DNA from: the human T2T-CHM13v2.0 reference genome, Homo sapiens
Assembly (NCBI RefSeq): GCF_009914755.1
Contig: NC_060926.1
DNA: 64,000 bases
Direction: 5' to 3' (one strand)
Within the stretch, counting starts at the first letter, position 1. Every line of letters starts with the position of its first letter. A model generated the notes under the pieces. That model saw only the letters and a list, made by a program, of their open reading frames with translations, was not told the DNA's origin and made no database searches. Both the position numbers and the translations under genes were made by a program. This document shows, one piece after another, positions 15,993 through 31,696 of the stretch.

Positions 15993-16678
15993 CTAAAAGG
16001 GAAGCAAAATTCAGAAACAAAAAACATCATTAGAAAAAGCGAATTAGAAGCCATGTAAAATGAAAACATATATTTCCAATTAGAGTTAGGTACATTGTTT
16101 CCCTTTATATACAGAAAACTAAAAAGCGTTTATTTCTGCCAGAGAACATCAGAACCTGTGCTTTCAAAGGAGGAGTTCTCAACCTAAAGTCCACAGACCT
16201 TCTGATGATCCCCTTAAATTACAAAATTACCTTTGTGTGCATAAGTGCATTTCTCTGGAAAGACCATTGCTTTCATCAGCCTGAAAGGAATCTATGCACC
16301 CCGCAAAAGATTGAGAATATTAGAATCCCTTACTAAGTAAGCATCAATTCCAAAAACTTAATTTGTCTATTCCCACACATTAAGGAAAAATGCTTTTACA
16401 AATGTAAGAGCATTATACAAATGTAAGTTGCCACTCCTTCCCTATTATTTAACAATAGAGGGACAGTCTCTACTCTAAGAGATTAAGCTACCTGAAGGAA
16501 AAATAAACAAAAACCTTACCTTCAAATAAATACTTGATGAGTAAAATTAGCTAAATATCTCCTCCCAAAGATTTTATAAGGATAATTCTTTAGGCCTTGC
16601 ATTAGTAAGACATCAAATGAATTGAAAGAATTAAAAGAAACTAAATGAATAATCCTCATCACAAACTTGTCAGGGTCA

Positions 16679-17071
<393 letters not shown>

Positions 17072-17204
17072 TCATCATCTTAAAACATACATTGTATCTC
17101 TTGTAAAAAAAAATTTGATTGTACTGGAAATAAATTCAGAATATAAGTATGAAAATTAGTTCTTCACTCTGAAATACAGCATTTGCTATTTTGGGGAGTT
17201 AACC

Positions 17205-18073
17205 TGCAAGTAGTCACCAGTGATCCCTGTCTCTTGGTATTCACACCATTGTGTAGTCCTCTCTCACCAGTGTTGGTCTGTGCCACCAACAGCATGGCAG
17301 AAGTGATAGTGTATCACTTCAAGATTAAGTTATAAAGGACTGCAGCTTCCATTTTGGGCCTCCTCTTTCACTTGTCTTTCTCTCTCCTGGATTACAAGCT
17401 CTGTGAGAAGACAGCTGTCATGATATGAGAACAGTCAAAGAAGTCTATGAAAAGGTCCATGCAGTGAGGAAGAAAGGTCTGTGGTAAACACTCAGCAAAG
17501 AACTGATGCCTGCTAACAGCCACCTGTGTGAATTTAGGAGTAGATTAGGGAAAAATCAGCCAAAGTGAGTAGGATCACACCAGATATCTTATTGGGATTT
17601 GAATTCAGAATGCATTTTGGTGGTGGCAAGACAATTAGCTTTGGCATGTAAATTCCTGGATTATACAAAGAAAAAGGAAACTAAACATAGGCTTGCCAAA
17701 AAACAGCCTATATGAAAAGAAAAAGACCTCAAGAAAAAAGCAAAAGGAACACAAGAACAGAATGAAGAAAGTCAGGGGAATTGCAAATGCCTACCGAGCA
17801 GTGAGCTGGAGATTGGATAACAGCAGAGGGAGTAAAGATCTGCAATGACTTTATCTACAGTGATTGTATGGATTTAGTTAAGCCTTGAGATGACTGTGGC
17901 CCCTACCAACAGCTTAACTGCAATTTACCTAAGAACAAAAGATCCTGAGATAGAACTACCCAGCTAAGCAGCTCTTAACATTCCTGCTCCTCAAAAGCTG
18001 AGACATAATAAACATCTGTTGTTTTAAGCTACTAAGTTTTGGGGCAATCTGTTACACAGGAATAGATAATACA
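17205..18073 (+). mobile_element. MLT1 (MaLR) solo LTR, interrupted by the RPS24 fragment
   Basis: MLT1-like start (ggtattcacaccattgtgtagtcct) and end (tgttgttttaagctactaagttttgggg...atagataataca). Confidence 0.75.
17544..17875 (+). pseudogene. RPS24 processed pseudogene fragment
   Basis: Reads [35 protein letters not shown] ... [23 protein letters not shown], compared with RPS24 [35 protein letters not shown]...[23 protein letters not shown]. RPS24-like 3' sequence follows. Intronless, with indels and stops. Confidence 0.9.
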
Positions 18074-18949
18074 CTTTTTTTTAATATTGTGATGATTTAT
18101 TTTTGTGACATGAAAACACCAAATAACTAGCACCAGATTCCTATTTGGCATTTGGACAATTACCTAAAAGTACAAAAAACACCAGGCTTTGTCCTTACCA
18201 AGGGAAGGGAGATAAGAGAATATAGGTTAAGCATAATGCCCATAACCCTCAAGGATTCCGCAATAATAAAAAAGTCTCGTATCACTTCTCCAGTGCAAAC
18301 CCACTGAAATAGTAGCAGGCTGGAAGAGAGGACTTTTAAAAAGCATACAGAGAAAGAAAACGGGGAAAAAAAGATGGAATTGCAGAGATAGTGGCTAGAA
18401 TTCTGTAGGAAATGTATAAATTTTCTTAAATGAGTAGATACTTTTTAAAAAGCATATATAATTGTCAGTGTAAATACTACAAAAATTGAAATATACTCTC
18501 TTCAAAATAAAACTCACTAAATCCTCTCTGTGGACAATAAATTCCTCTGGTTTTTATCAGAATTCCTCCTAGATAACATAAGCTATCAAACAACAGACAT
18601 TTCCATATGTCAAGTCTTCAAGACTTCAAAAGGTAAAACAGAATTTATTTTTCTTTAGGGCTAAATTAAATGAAATTCTTTGGTATTTTTTGTTATTTTT
18701 GTAGAGACAGGATCTCACCATGTTGCCCAGACTGGTCTTGAACTCCTGGCCTCAAGTGATTCTCCTGCCTCTGCCTCCCAAAGCACTGGGATTACAGGCA
18801 TAAACCATCATGCCTAGCCCTTTTATATTTTTAAATAAAATTTAGAAAAAGAACTAAAGTACTTCAGGACTCTGTTTTAGTTATCCCAACAAAGGTTTTG
18901 CTCTCCCAATAATTAAAAATAATGTATTAAAATATAGCAACATATTTTG

Positions 18950-21900
18950 TGAAGATATTGACGATATTAAGGATATTATTACTAACCTCTAGTTAGAGAA
19001 TAGTGGCATAAGATCCACTTCCCCCTTCTCTTCATAAAAATAATCCAAACAACAAGGAGAATAAAAATAAAACTGCAAACTACTTCTCTGGTAAAACAGA
19101 GATATAACTAAAACTCAACCATCAGAATATGTGGAGGCACTCTCAAAAGCAATGGAGATTATTACACAGGGGCTCCAAAAAGTGGAAGCAAAACAAGAAA
19201 ACTGCATATTTCACAAAGAGGTAATAAGGTAAACTTTTCCAAGTGTAAAACTTAAAACCCATGTTTGTAACAATGAGAACAAGATGCACAGCTACAGGCA
19301 GACACTCCTCAGTTTGGTTCCAATAAAAAAAGAGAGAAGGCAGGAATTAAAAAGAAATTATTCAGAAGTGCACTATTTACAAAGAGTATTCTGTTCCTAT
19401 GGCAAGGGGGTTGGGGGGAAGTTTTGTATTGTGAAAGAAATACAATTGCCTAGCCCCACTGGCTGGGAAAAAATAACAGCTAAACAAATTCACACACAAA
19501 ATCCTGAATCATAAGGAAAATTCTAGTTAGCCTGGAACACAGGAAGATATGCCTTTATACCAACACGACCTATAAATAACTGACCCAAAGTAAATGTACC
19601 ACAAAGTAAAAGGTTTTAATTATAAAAACCAAAAGCAAAAAAAATTGTTTCAAGACAGACCAACTTCTTTCATATCAACAAATATTAAGTGGGCTAAACT
19701 CACTAAGGTAAAAGAAAAAGACCTTCACACTGTAACACCAGACAAAACCCAACTCTATAATGTAAATGGATGCATCTAAAACTAAGTATCTTTTAAGGTT
19801 GAAAATAAAACCATAGACAAAGGTATAGCAGGCAAATGCAAACAAAACAAGGGTTGTGATCATAAAACCCCAATGGTTAAACTTTTTTTAAAAAACCTTT
19901 AAACTAAAAGAAAGTCACATTATAAAGTTAAAAAAAAAAATGTGATTCCTTTCCAAAAAACGTTGACTGAGCACATCCACAGGCAAAAACAAAAAACAAA
20001 AATTAAACCACCTCGACCTGAACCTTGATTAACTCAAAATGGATTATGAAATTAAATGTTAAAAAAAAAAAATTTAAGGTATAGAAAAAAAAAGTAAGAG
20101 AAAACCTTCACAACCTGTAGCAAGGTAAAGTGGTCTCAGAATTGACATGAAAAACACAATTAATAAAGGGAAAAACTGATAACTTGAACCTCATCAAAAT
20201 TAAAAACTTTTGCTCTGCAAAAGACCCTGTTGGGAGATGAAAAGACAAGACAATCTAAAGATTAGGGGGAAAAAAAGCTGTAAACCATATATATCCAACA
20301 AAGAACTTTTTTTTTTTTTGAGACGGAGTCTAGCTCTGTTGCCCAGGCTAGAGTGCAGTGGGGCGCGATCTTGACTCACTGAAACCTCCGCCTCCTGGGT
20401 TCATGTGATTCTCCTGCCTCGGCCTCCCTAGTAGCTGGGATTACAGGCACGCGTCACCATGCCTCGCTAATTTTTGTATTTTTCAGAGACGAGGTTTCAC
20501 ATGTTGGTCAGGCTGGTCTTGAACTCCTGACTTCATGATCTGCCCGCCTCAGTCTCCCAAAGTGCTGGGATTACAGGCGTGAACCACTGCACCCGGCCAG
20601 AACTTTTATCTATAATATATGAAGAACTCTCAAAATTCAACAGTTAAAAAAACTAATAATCCAATTAGAAAATTGGACAAAAGTCATGAATAAACATTTT
20701 GCTAATAAAGATACATATTAATGGCAAATAACCACATGAAACATCCTCAGCCATTAGGGAAACAAAAAATTAAAACCACAATGAGATATTGCTACATACC
20801 TATCAGAACAGTCAAAACAGAAAAGAGTGATTAACACCAAATGCTGGCAAGGATGAAGAGAAACTAGATCACTCACACCTACCTAGTGGAAATGTAAAAT
20901 GGTATAGCTACTCTGAAAAAAAGTTTAGCAATTTCTTATAAAACTAACATGTACTTACCATATACTCCAGCATTTGCACTCTTGGGCATACACCCCAGAG
21001 AAATGACTTATGTTCATACAAAAACTTGTACAAAATATTCATTGCAGCCTTATTTGTAATAGCAAGAACTGGAAACAATGCAAATGCTCTTCAGCTGGTG
21101 AATAGTTAAACTATGATACATTAATACCATGGAATACTGCTCAGAGAAAGAAAGGAATTATTGACACACTGAACAACTTGGATGGATCTCAAGAATATAC
21201 TGAGTGAAAAACGCCAATTTCAAAATGTTACATACTATGTGAGTCCATCTTATAACATTCTTGAAATAACAAATTTGTGGAGACAGAAAACAGATTAATG
21301 GATGGCAGGGGTTAGGAATGCGGAAAGTGGAGGAAGATGTGTATGGCTATAAAGGAGTAGCAAAAAGGAGCCTTGTGGTGATGGAACAGTTCTGGATCTG
21401 AATTGTGCGGTGGTTACACAAAGCTACAGGCGATAAAATTGCACAGAAATATAAAACCCACTCAAAGGAATTCATATAAAACTGATGAACTCTGAATAGG
21501 CTCCGTGGATTGAAGCAATGTCAATTTCCTGGCTTAATATTTGTTGATATGAAAGACGTTGGTCTGTTTTGAAACAACTTTTTTTGCTTTTGGTTTTTAT
21601 AATTAATTAAAACCTTTTACTTTGTGGTACATTCACTTTGGGTCAGTTATTTATAGGTCGTGTTGGTATAAAGGCATATCTTCCCGTTTTCCAGGCTAAC
21701 TAGAAATTTACTACAATAGTTCTCCCTTAATCTCAGTGATATATGTTCCATGACCCCCAGTGGATGCCTGAAACCATGGACAGTACCAAATCCAACATAT
21801 ACTAAGTTTTTTCCTATAAATACATACCATGTAGGTATAGGGATTTAATTTATAAATTAGGCATAGTAAGAGATTAACAAAAATAACTAATAATAAAATA

Positions 21901-23260
21901 GAACAAGTATAACTATACTGCAATAAAAGTTATATGAATGTAGTCTCTCTCGAAAAACTAATATTTTCAGACTGCAATTGACCACAGTTAACTGAAACTG
22001 CAGAGGGCAAAACTATGGATGAAGGAAAAACTACCATATAGATGTTACCATTGGGGTGAGCTAGGTGAGGGTACCTGCAACCTGCCTGTACATTTTTTTC
22101 TGCAACTTACTGTTAATCTATAATTTTTTCAAAATTAAAAATTCTTCTTAAAGGATGTGTTTCTAACGAAGATATAACAGAAATACCCATGTAAAGAGCA
22201 AAGCATCAACATTTGTAAAGCAAAACTAGAAGAAATACGGGGAAAAGCAGAAATACACTGTTATTAGGATGTAGAAGATCTATATAGCATAAGGTAGTTC
22301 TCATTGCTAATATTCAACTCTGTATAACTGAAAAAAGAGAATACATCTTCAAATGTTCATGAAACACTTAAAAAATTGGCCAAATAACATTCCACCAAAA
22401 AAACTCAATAAACTTAAATCAGAAATATTTAACATTCTCTGAGAGCAATACAATAAAACTAGAAATTTTAACTAAGACAATAAATAAAAATATAAATATA
22501 TATTTGCCATCCATAAATAACTGATAGATTATAACTCCCTCCAAAAAAACATCATATCTTGAAAATAACCAAAATAAATCACTATGTATCAAGACCCATG
22601 GCATAAAACTAAAGCAGTGGTCAGAAAATGTCATAGTTTCAAAAACATGTACAGTGTTATTGTTTCAACAAATAAAGAATGAAAATAAAGAAAAGTTTTT
22701 GGATGTTTTTATAAAATGATCACAAAACTGAAAGCAGAAATTTTTCCTGGAATTCAAGAATGATTCAATATTTAATATAATCCCTTTGTATCAAGAGAAG
22801 ATGAAAAATCATATGGTATCTCCATAGATAATGAACTGTATTTAACAACATTCAACAACCTTTCTTGATTAAAAAAAACTAAATACAGTAAGAACAGGTA
22901 GAAAATTCCTTAACATGATCAAATATATCTGTCTCAATCCAAAAGTCAGAATAATGCCCAATGGTGAAACATTAGAAGAATTCCCAAAAAAACACATCAA
23001 GTATGTCCACTATTTTCTCTACAACTTAACATTGTCCTGAACGTATTAGCTAACATAATTAGCCAAGAGAAAAAAAATCAAAAATATCAAACAAGAAAAA
23101 AAAAAAACAAACGAAAAAAACAAAAGGAGGTGGTAAAATTATTGCTATTTACAGATTATATGATTGCATACTTGGAAGCTCTCAAAGAATCAACCAAAAA
23201 AATTATTACAAACAATAAGACTATTATTGTAGTTGAATATAAAATTAGTATAGAAAATCA
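18950..23260 (+). mobile_element. Mosaic of old L1M fragments with an antisense Alu (~20307-20598)
   Basis: L1 ORF2 C-terminal and 3' UTR signatures (catcaaaattaaaaacttttgctctgc; aaatgctggcaaggatg; caacttggatggatctcaag). Confidence 0.75.
21713..22036. mobile_element. MER44/Tigger7-type DNA transposon
   Basis: gacccccagtggatgcctgaaacc...ataaattaggcatagtaagagattaac matches the MER44/Tigger7 consensus. Confidence 0.75.
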
Positions 23261-23263
23261 CTA

Positions 23264-23807
23264 GAAATACCATTTGACCCAGCCATCCCATTACTGGGTA
23301 TATACCCAAAGGATTGTAAATCATGCTGCTATAAAGACACAAGCACACGTATGTTTATTGTGGCACTATTCACAATAGCAAAGACTTGGAACCAACCCAT
23401 TTGTCCAACAATGATAGACTGGACTAAGAAAATGTGGCACATATACACCACGGAATACTATGCAGCCATAAAAAATGATGAGTTCATGTCCTTTGTATGG
23501 ACATGGATGAAACTGGAAACCATCATTCTTAGCAAACTATCGCAAGGACAAAAAACCAAACACCGCATGTTCTCACTCATAGGTGGGAATTGAACAATGA
23601 GAACACATGGACACAGGAAGGGAAACATCACACACCAGGGCCTGTTGTGGGGTGGGGGGAGCAGGGAGGGATAGCATTAGGAGATATACCTAATGTTAAA
23701 TGACGAGTTAATGGGTGCAGCACACCAACATGGCACGTGTAAACATATGTAACAAACCTGCACATTGTGCACATGTACCCTAAAACTTAAAGTATAATTA
23801 AAAAAAA
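23264..23807 (+). mobile_element. 5'-truncated primate L1PA 3' end with poly(A) and TSD AAAATCACTA
   Basis: ORF2 C-terminus (MFIVALFTIAKTWNQP...FSLIGGN), G-rich 3' UTR, TSD at 23254-23263 and 23808-23817. Confidence 0.93.
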
Positions 23808-24342
23808 AAAATCACTACATTCCTATATACAATCAGTTGAGAAATAAAAAATTTCTTTGACTCACATTCATCAAAGCATTTGTTGTTCTTTTCTGAATGA
23901 AATTAATGCTACTTGGAATATTACTACAGCATGAATTTTTGTTCAGTAATATCTAATGACTGGAACTAAAAAAATATGTGTCCTAGCAGGAAATACTTGG
24001 AACTTCAATATAATAGAATCACACAGAGGACAGCGTAAACATTTTAAAAGCTCAATATTCAGTGTTTTACTGTACTCAAACTAAAAATGCTAAAAGTTGA
24101 AATATAGCAGAATATCTCAATTCAATCAATATAACTAAACCTTCCTTACTTTGGGTAAAGAATTAACATTCTATAAACCTGGTGGTTTTTCACCAACCTT
24201 CATATATGCAACATTATTTTGTTACCTCTTTCACCCTTTCTGCCAAACTTAAGTGTTCTTTTTCAAACAACCATATCATAAGCCCTATCCAATTTATCAA
24301 AATGTTTTTAGATGAGATTTAGCAATATATAAATCTAACGAT

Positions 24343-25187
<845 letters not shown>

Positions 25188-26232
25188 GAAAGACACTTGT
25201 ATTCTTACTAGTGTATCATGAAATAAACATTTAACTTTCTTCAAAAGGTTACAAATTATGTTTGTCAACCTAGCTGGATTGAGGAAATACCTAACATGTG
25301 CTACTTGTGGGGAGAGAGAGGAGGCATGAAAATTGTATAAGAACAAATCCCTATCCTTAAATGGTTTTCAATTTAAGTGGAGATACAAGAAGAGAAATAG
25401 GAATATGACCACTTTCCTCAATTCCCTTGCTTAAATTTCTTCCCCAACAACCCCATTTTGAGAGGCAAAAACAAATAAAAAAATTATGGCTAACTCCTCA
25501 ATATCTTATGATGATGATCAGTCTCTAAAATTACAGAGAATGAAATGTCTAGAAAGTTATAATTCGTAAAAATAAGGTATCCGAAAGTAAAAGTCTACAA
25601 GACTTTTACTTAGTTAACATAGTTAACTAAGCATTAGTTAAAGCATTAGTTAACATAGAAATAAAACTTAATGGTTGCTGACTTAGAAAATGAACCAACT
25701 CCCAAGGTAATGCATGTTTGCTAGCATAATGCAGAAATACAAAATTGTAACTTTACGTAACCCAAACCTTCCCTCACTACGGTGTGTAGCCTTAATGACT
25801 CCTACAAAATAAATTTGGCATTTATATTATGATTTAAGTTTCAGTAATAGTTGAAAAGATCAAGGGAGGTAAATATACTATTGAATCTGAAAGGCCAAAA
25901 AACAGTATGTGGAATTATATTAAACTCCTCCATATTACATTCTGAAGTGAAAATATAATAAAATTTCAAAGGATATTAGAGTATTGATATTCTACCATAA
26001 AGAATAATTTTGGAATAGTTATACAATATATGTTCAGTCCTGATCCATGACCTTTCCAGTAAAAGCATTTGGGAAACTGGGAATGTGTAGACAGCAGTCA
26101 CTTTTTACAGATACCAGGTAGATTTTTAAACTATATAATCAATGTACACAGTGTTGAGCAAAACAACATACTTTATTGCCCCTTTTGCCTCTAAGTCTTT
26201 AAGTAAATCCGAGTCCAGCCCTCAAAACTGTT

Positions 26233-26652
26233 TGCTATAATTTGGATATTTGACCCTCTAAACCTCATGTTGAAATTTGTACCCCAGTGTTGGAGGTGGG
26301 GCCTAATGGGAGTTGTTTGGGTCATGGGGGCGGATCTCATGAACAGATGAATGTCCTCCCTGGGGCATGGCGAGAGTTTGCCCTCTATTAGTTCCTGAGA
26401 GAGCTGGCTGTTAAAAAGAAACTGGCACCTCCCCTATCTCTTGCTTTCTCTCTCACCAAGTGATCTCTGCATATGCTGGCTCCCTGTCACCTTCTGCCAA
26501 GAATGAAGCAGCCTGAGGCCCTCACCAGATGCAGATGCTGGTGCCATACTTCTTGTACAGTCTGCAGAACCATGAGCCAAATAAACCTCATTTCTTTATA
26601 AACTACCCAGCCTCAGGTATTCCTTTATAGCAACACTAAACAGACTAAGACA
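26233..26652 (+). mobile_element. MST (MaLR) solo LTR with 5-bp TSD CTGTT
   Basis: TGCTATAATTTGG...CAGACTAAGACA termini; CTGTT at 26228-26232 and 26653-26657. Confidence 0.9.
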
Positions 26653-28343
26653 CTGTTTCCCAAAGAAAAAAGTCCAGGGATAAGCTCACATTACACACAA
26701 AAGGCAACAACTCACATTACATACATAAGAAAATGTCCTGTGTTAAGTCTTCTTTCTTTTTACCACAACATCCACTTTCACATTGTTTTATTTCATGTTT
26801 TTTGATTGTCATTGATCAGAAGGACAATGCTATTCTTTGTTGGATAACCGGTCTGTGCTTCAAAAAGTGAAAAGCTCACTGAAATAGAAGCTACAACAGC
26901 TGAGAACGAGGTTACAAATATCAATGAGATGAAGTGAAAAATGGCTCTGAAGCTAAACAAGCCAAGATATACTAGATGCAGGTGATGCAGAAAAATCAGA
27001 AGGACACAGTAAGGATAAGAAAGCTTCATACCCAAAATATCAGAAAGACTGAATTGAAGAAATTACATTTTTAAAGAAATGAAGTTTTCCTGCTTCTAAA
27101 GAACAATTAGTATATAATTTATTTGCCCCCCAAAAAACTGTTATGAATCATAATAGCAAACCTAGATCATAGTTTTTGGATAGCCATTAGAATTAACACA
27201 GTAGAGTTCCCTATCAGACATTCTGTTACAACTAGATACAAGTCTTTTATGATCAAAAAATCAATCTTTATATGGAAATATATGTAAAGTGCATTTTTGA
27301 GTATTTAAAAGTGCTTAAATTTACTAAACATCTCATACTTATTTTGTAATTTTCTTTCCTCTCCTCTTATGAAAAAAGATAAGGGAAACAAGGAAAAGGG
27401 GCTCACAATTATAAAATCCACTACTTCTGGGATAAAAGCATTCCAAAAGATTTCAAAAAATGAAAATAAAGAAAGTAGCAGAGATAATTATTTTGCAATA
27501 TTATGAAAGCACTCAATTTCAGCTCTTGTAGCTACATACGAACTTATAATTTTACAAGCTTCAGGAGTTTCAAATTGAAAATATGCCCTGCACTAAAGAC
27601 TAAACAAACACATTTTTTTATAGTAGTATTCAGACTGAGGCAATGCCCCTATTAAATGCTCCCATAGCATTTTACACTTCTGTTTATAACATTCATCATA
27701 CTCATTACTTAATGTTTGCAGTCTAAGATATACAGTCAGAGAATTTTGTATTTTTATGTACCATACACCATTATAATCCAATGTCTAAACAACTGGTACC
27801 CATAAATGCTTGTTGACTGAATAAACAAACTTTTTATTAAATTGTCTCTCAAAATTCTCAGTCATGATACGCCTCCTATACAGTGCTATATTATAAAATA
27901 TTTCTAAAATAAGGGTCAATTGCTTTATAGCAGTGACCATATAGCAGTAAAACGAAGGGAAGAGAGTTGAGGTGAATATATTCAGAATAATTTGAGCAGT
28001 TATTCTTTCGTTTTTACAAACCCTGCCCCACTTGCCATTACCCACTACTCCATGCCCAGTGCCCTTCGGGGAGCATGGTCATCTACTAGAAAATCATAAA
28101 ACATTGCCATATAGAGCAATTATTACTCATATTACTAGGTAATATTCCTCAGGTATATTGGATTACAAATGAAGGTTTAGAACAATTGTTCTACTAAAAA
28201 AATCTTTTCAAATTGTGAAAGAAATTCAAACTCAATCAGATATTACCATTTAATAATAAAGAGACCGAATATACATATTAGATATACATTAAGACTCTCT
28301 AGTCAGAAAAGGAAAAGATCAACAAAAAGAATAATTTACTTAC

Positions 28344-28531
28344 ATCAATGGAAAAGCAAAAAATGGGAGTGTCATGGCAAGTCTTGCTGTAAATTCATCA
28401 GGAAGATACCACAAATATACAATTAAGCATGTAAACAGATAGAGAACTGAGGAATACAGAATTAATCTTCCAACCCATAATTTTTGTAATCTCTGATTTT
28501 TTTCCCTAAATTCTTCCAATGCTTGAATTTC
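28344..28531 (-). CDS. LNPK: LNPK exon 4, EIQALEEFREKNQRLQKLWVGRLILYSSVLYLFTCLIVYLWYLPDEFTARLAMTLPFFAFPL (coiled coil, TM1, start of TM2)
   Basis: 188-nt open frame with aacag|GAA and GAT|gtaagt boundaries; hydrophobic segments match Lunapark. Confidence 0.95.
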
Positions 28532-29294
28532 CTGTTAAGAGAAAATTATTCCATGTTAGTAAATTTCAAACTTCATAAAGAAATTAAAATGTTAAAAAAT
28601 TTTAGCAGGAAAGATATTTAAGAAAAAACTCTTATTTAAAGTTCAGTAAAGCATAATATCCTAACAGTTTAAAACAAAACATAATATGAAAAAGAAAACT
28701 AAAAATGAAGTTAAAAATGTATAATGCTTATTCTAACATCATTTTTACAATGCAAAGTTAGTTACTATTTTTAAACTATGAAATTGGCAAAGATTCAGGG
28801 AATGAAATTGGTATCGGCAATAATATTTGTTGAGTCAAATAAGTAATAATTCCTCCTATAAAAGGCATTTAAAAAATCTGGCAATAAGAAAAATAATTAA
28901 TAAAAATTAAAACAGTAACCCATCTATTTATCACTCTCAATATTCCCAGAAAATAATCATTTTTGATAATAGTATATAAAAAGCTGTGAAAATTTTGTAG
29001 ACTGATAAAAACTATTGTACAGTATCTCATCTATTTTGTCCTACCTGTAACACTGATTTACACCACACTACAGATCTAATTTCATTCTAACTGGCTCTAT
29101 TACTTGAAACAGACTTCTTAAGTCACGGATAGATTTTGGATTTTTTGAGATCACATAATATTAAAGTTCTCAGACTCACTCTATATCATTTCTAAATTCC
29201 CATACCAGATTTGGTCTCCAAAATAATATATACTACAATAATATTTACTTAATACCTAAAATGAATTAAAATACCTCACAGCCAAAGAACATAC

Positions 29295-29336
29295 CTTATC
29301 TATACTTTCTAGAACTTCTACAGTTGAAGGTTTTGT
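29295..29336 (-). CDS. LNPK: LNPK exon 3, TKPSTVEVLESIDK
   Basis: 42 nt with acag|ACA and AAG|gtatgt boundaries, in frame with exons 2 and 4. Confidence 0.95.
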
Positions 29337-29629
29337 CTGTTATACAAACAGAAACAAGAGACAGCATTAAAACTTATCACAAACCTTTACATTTTGATAT
29401 AATCATTAAAGAACATTTATTTCAAAATTAAATTTTCTCAAATCTTGTCAAATATGCATTCTTGTTTATAACTAAGATTTATTTAAATAAAAATTATAAT
29501 TGCAAATAGAACTACGTAAGATTAAAGAAATAAGCATTTCCCTACTTAACTGTTTTAATCCTAGAAAGACTTTTAATTCTGATAGCTCAATTTTTACCAT
29601 TCTTAACCTCAATAGAACACACCGTTCTA

Positions 29630-29925
<296 letters not shown>

Positions 29926-30318
29926 TTAAAAAATTTAAAAAACACACGTTTTCCTCCAAAAAAAATTCTTAGGAATGATTACTCAAAAGAATTAACACAT
30001 TGAAAAAAATTACAGACTAAAAATGGTCTGATTTGCTATTGCTAAAAGTTCACTTAAGACTCTGGAGGTCAAAATCAACAGGTTATCTTCTTTCTAAATT
30101 CCTAAAGTACTTTTTGCAGATCAGATTTTAAAAGGACATCTAAGAATACTTCATTATAGCAAAGCTTGTTTGCCAATGATATTTTTTATACATCTAGAAT
30201 GAAAACCAGCCAAAATCACTCATAAAACACTTGAAAAAATATTTACCAATTACATACTCAACAATCCAAGAGGGTAATGAATATCAGTTCATTGTAGTTT
30301 CCATAAGAGTTGTTAACA

Positions 30319-30396
30319 TTAGGGTTAACCATATGAAACTGACATTTTGCTAAGTCCAAGCAGTTGAATACTGGCAATTTCATATGGTTCAACCTA
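30319..30396. mobile_element. MADE2 mariner MITE
   Basis: About 80-bp element with inverted termini ttagggttaaccatatgaaa...tttcatatggttcaaccta. Confidence 0.85.
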
Positions 30397-30618
30397 TTAT
30401 GAAAGACAAAACAAGAAGAGATAAATTTGATCCTTGGGCAGATTATTATAAGGTCATAACAGGGTCAATATAATGCTGATCCAAAACAAGGCTGTTCCAG
30501 CAATACCCCAAAACCTAAATTGTGTACCAAGTATAGTTAGACTCTATTATTATGGTAATAAGGAGTAAAAAAAAATAAGTAGTTTATCCTAGACTACCTT
30601 ATCTCCTCTTACTTTTGA

Positions 30619-30879
<261 letters not shown>

Positions 30880-30979
30880 TAAAAGCTTATCCAATAAAAT
30901 CAAACTGCATTTCTAATTTTGTTTAACCTATAATTTCTAAAAGCACAGGCAGTGTGACTTTAGTCAATATTTATGATAA

Positions 30980-31268
<289 letters not shown>

Positions 31269-31669
31269 TGATCTGCCCGCCTCAGCCTCCCAAAGTGCTG
31301 GGATTATAGATGTGAGCCACCACACCCGGCCTAGAATACTTACTTTCAACTACCTTTCAAATAAGCTTGAAACTTAGGAAGTATAAGAAAACAAGATAGC
31401 CATTTGCACACAAATACAGAAATACAGAAATAAAAATAATTCATACATCCAAGTGAAATAATTCTGTTAAACAGAGGCATTGGACACCTACAGAACAAAT
31501 GGAAGTATTAAAATAAAAAAATAGAAAAGTAATTCAAAAGAGAAGAAAAAAGTTAAGGAAAATAGCAAACTACTATTCAAGGCTATAATCAAAGGAGACT
31601 TTCACAAATAGCTTTATGTGACACTTTTATATTAGACTCAAGAACTAGCTGTAAAGAAAAGTACCTTAC

Positions 31670-31696
31670 CCTCCATCGAGAAAATAATCCACCCAT
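31670..31696 (-). CDS. LNPK: LNPK exon 2 coding part, MGGLFSRWR (whole exon 31670-31758)
   Basis: Start context aagATGG; acceptor tttctag|CTG at 31758; donor AGG|gtaagg. The peptide matches the N-myristoylated N-terminus of Lunapark. Confidence 0.95.

Noticed and set aside
23351-23593. 80-aa ORF with strong protein-like character
   Set aside because: It is the C-terminus of L1 ORF2 in a 5'-truncated L1PA.
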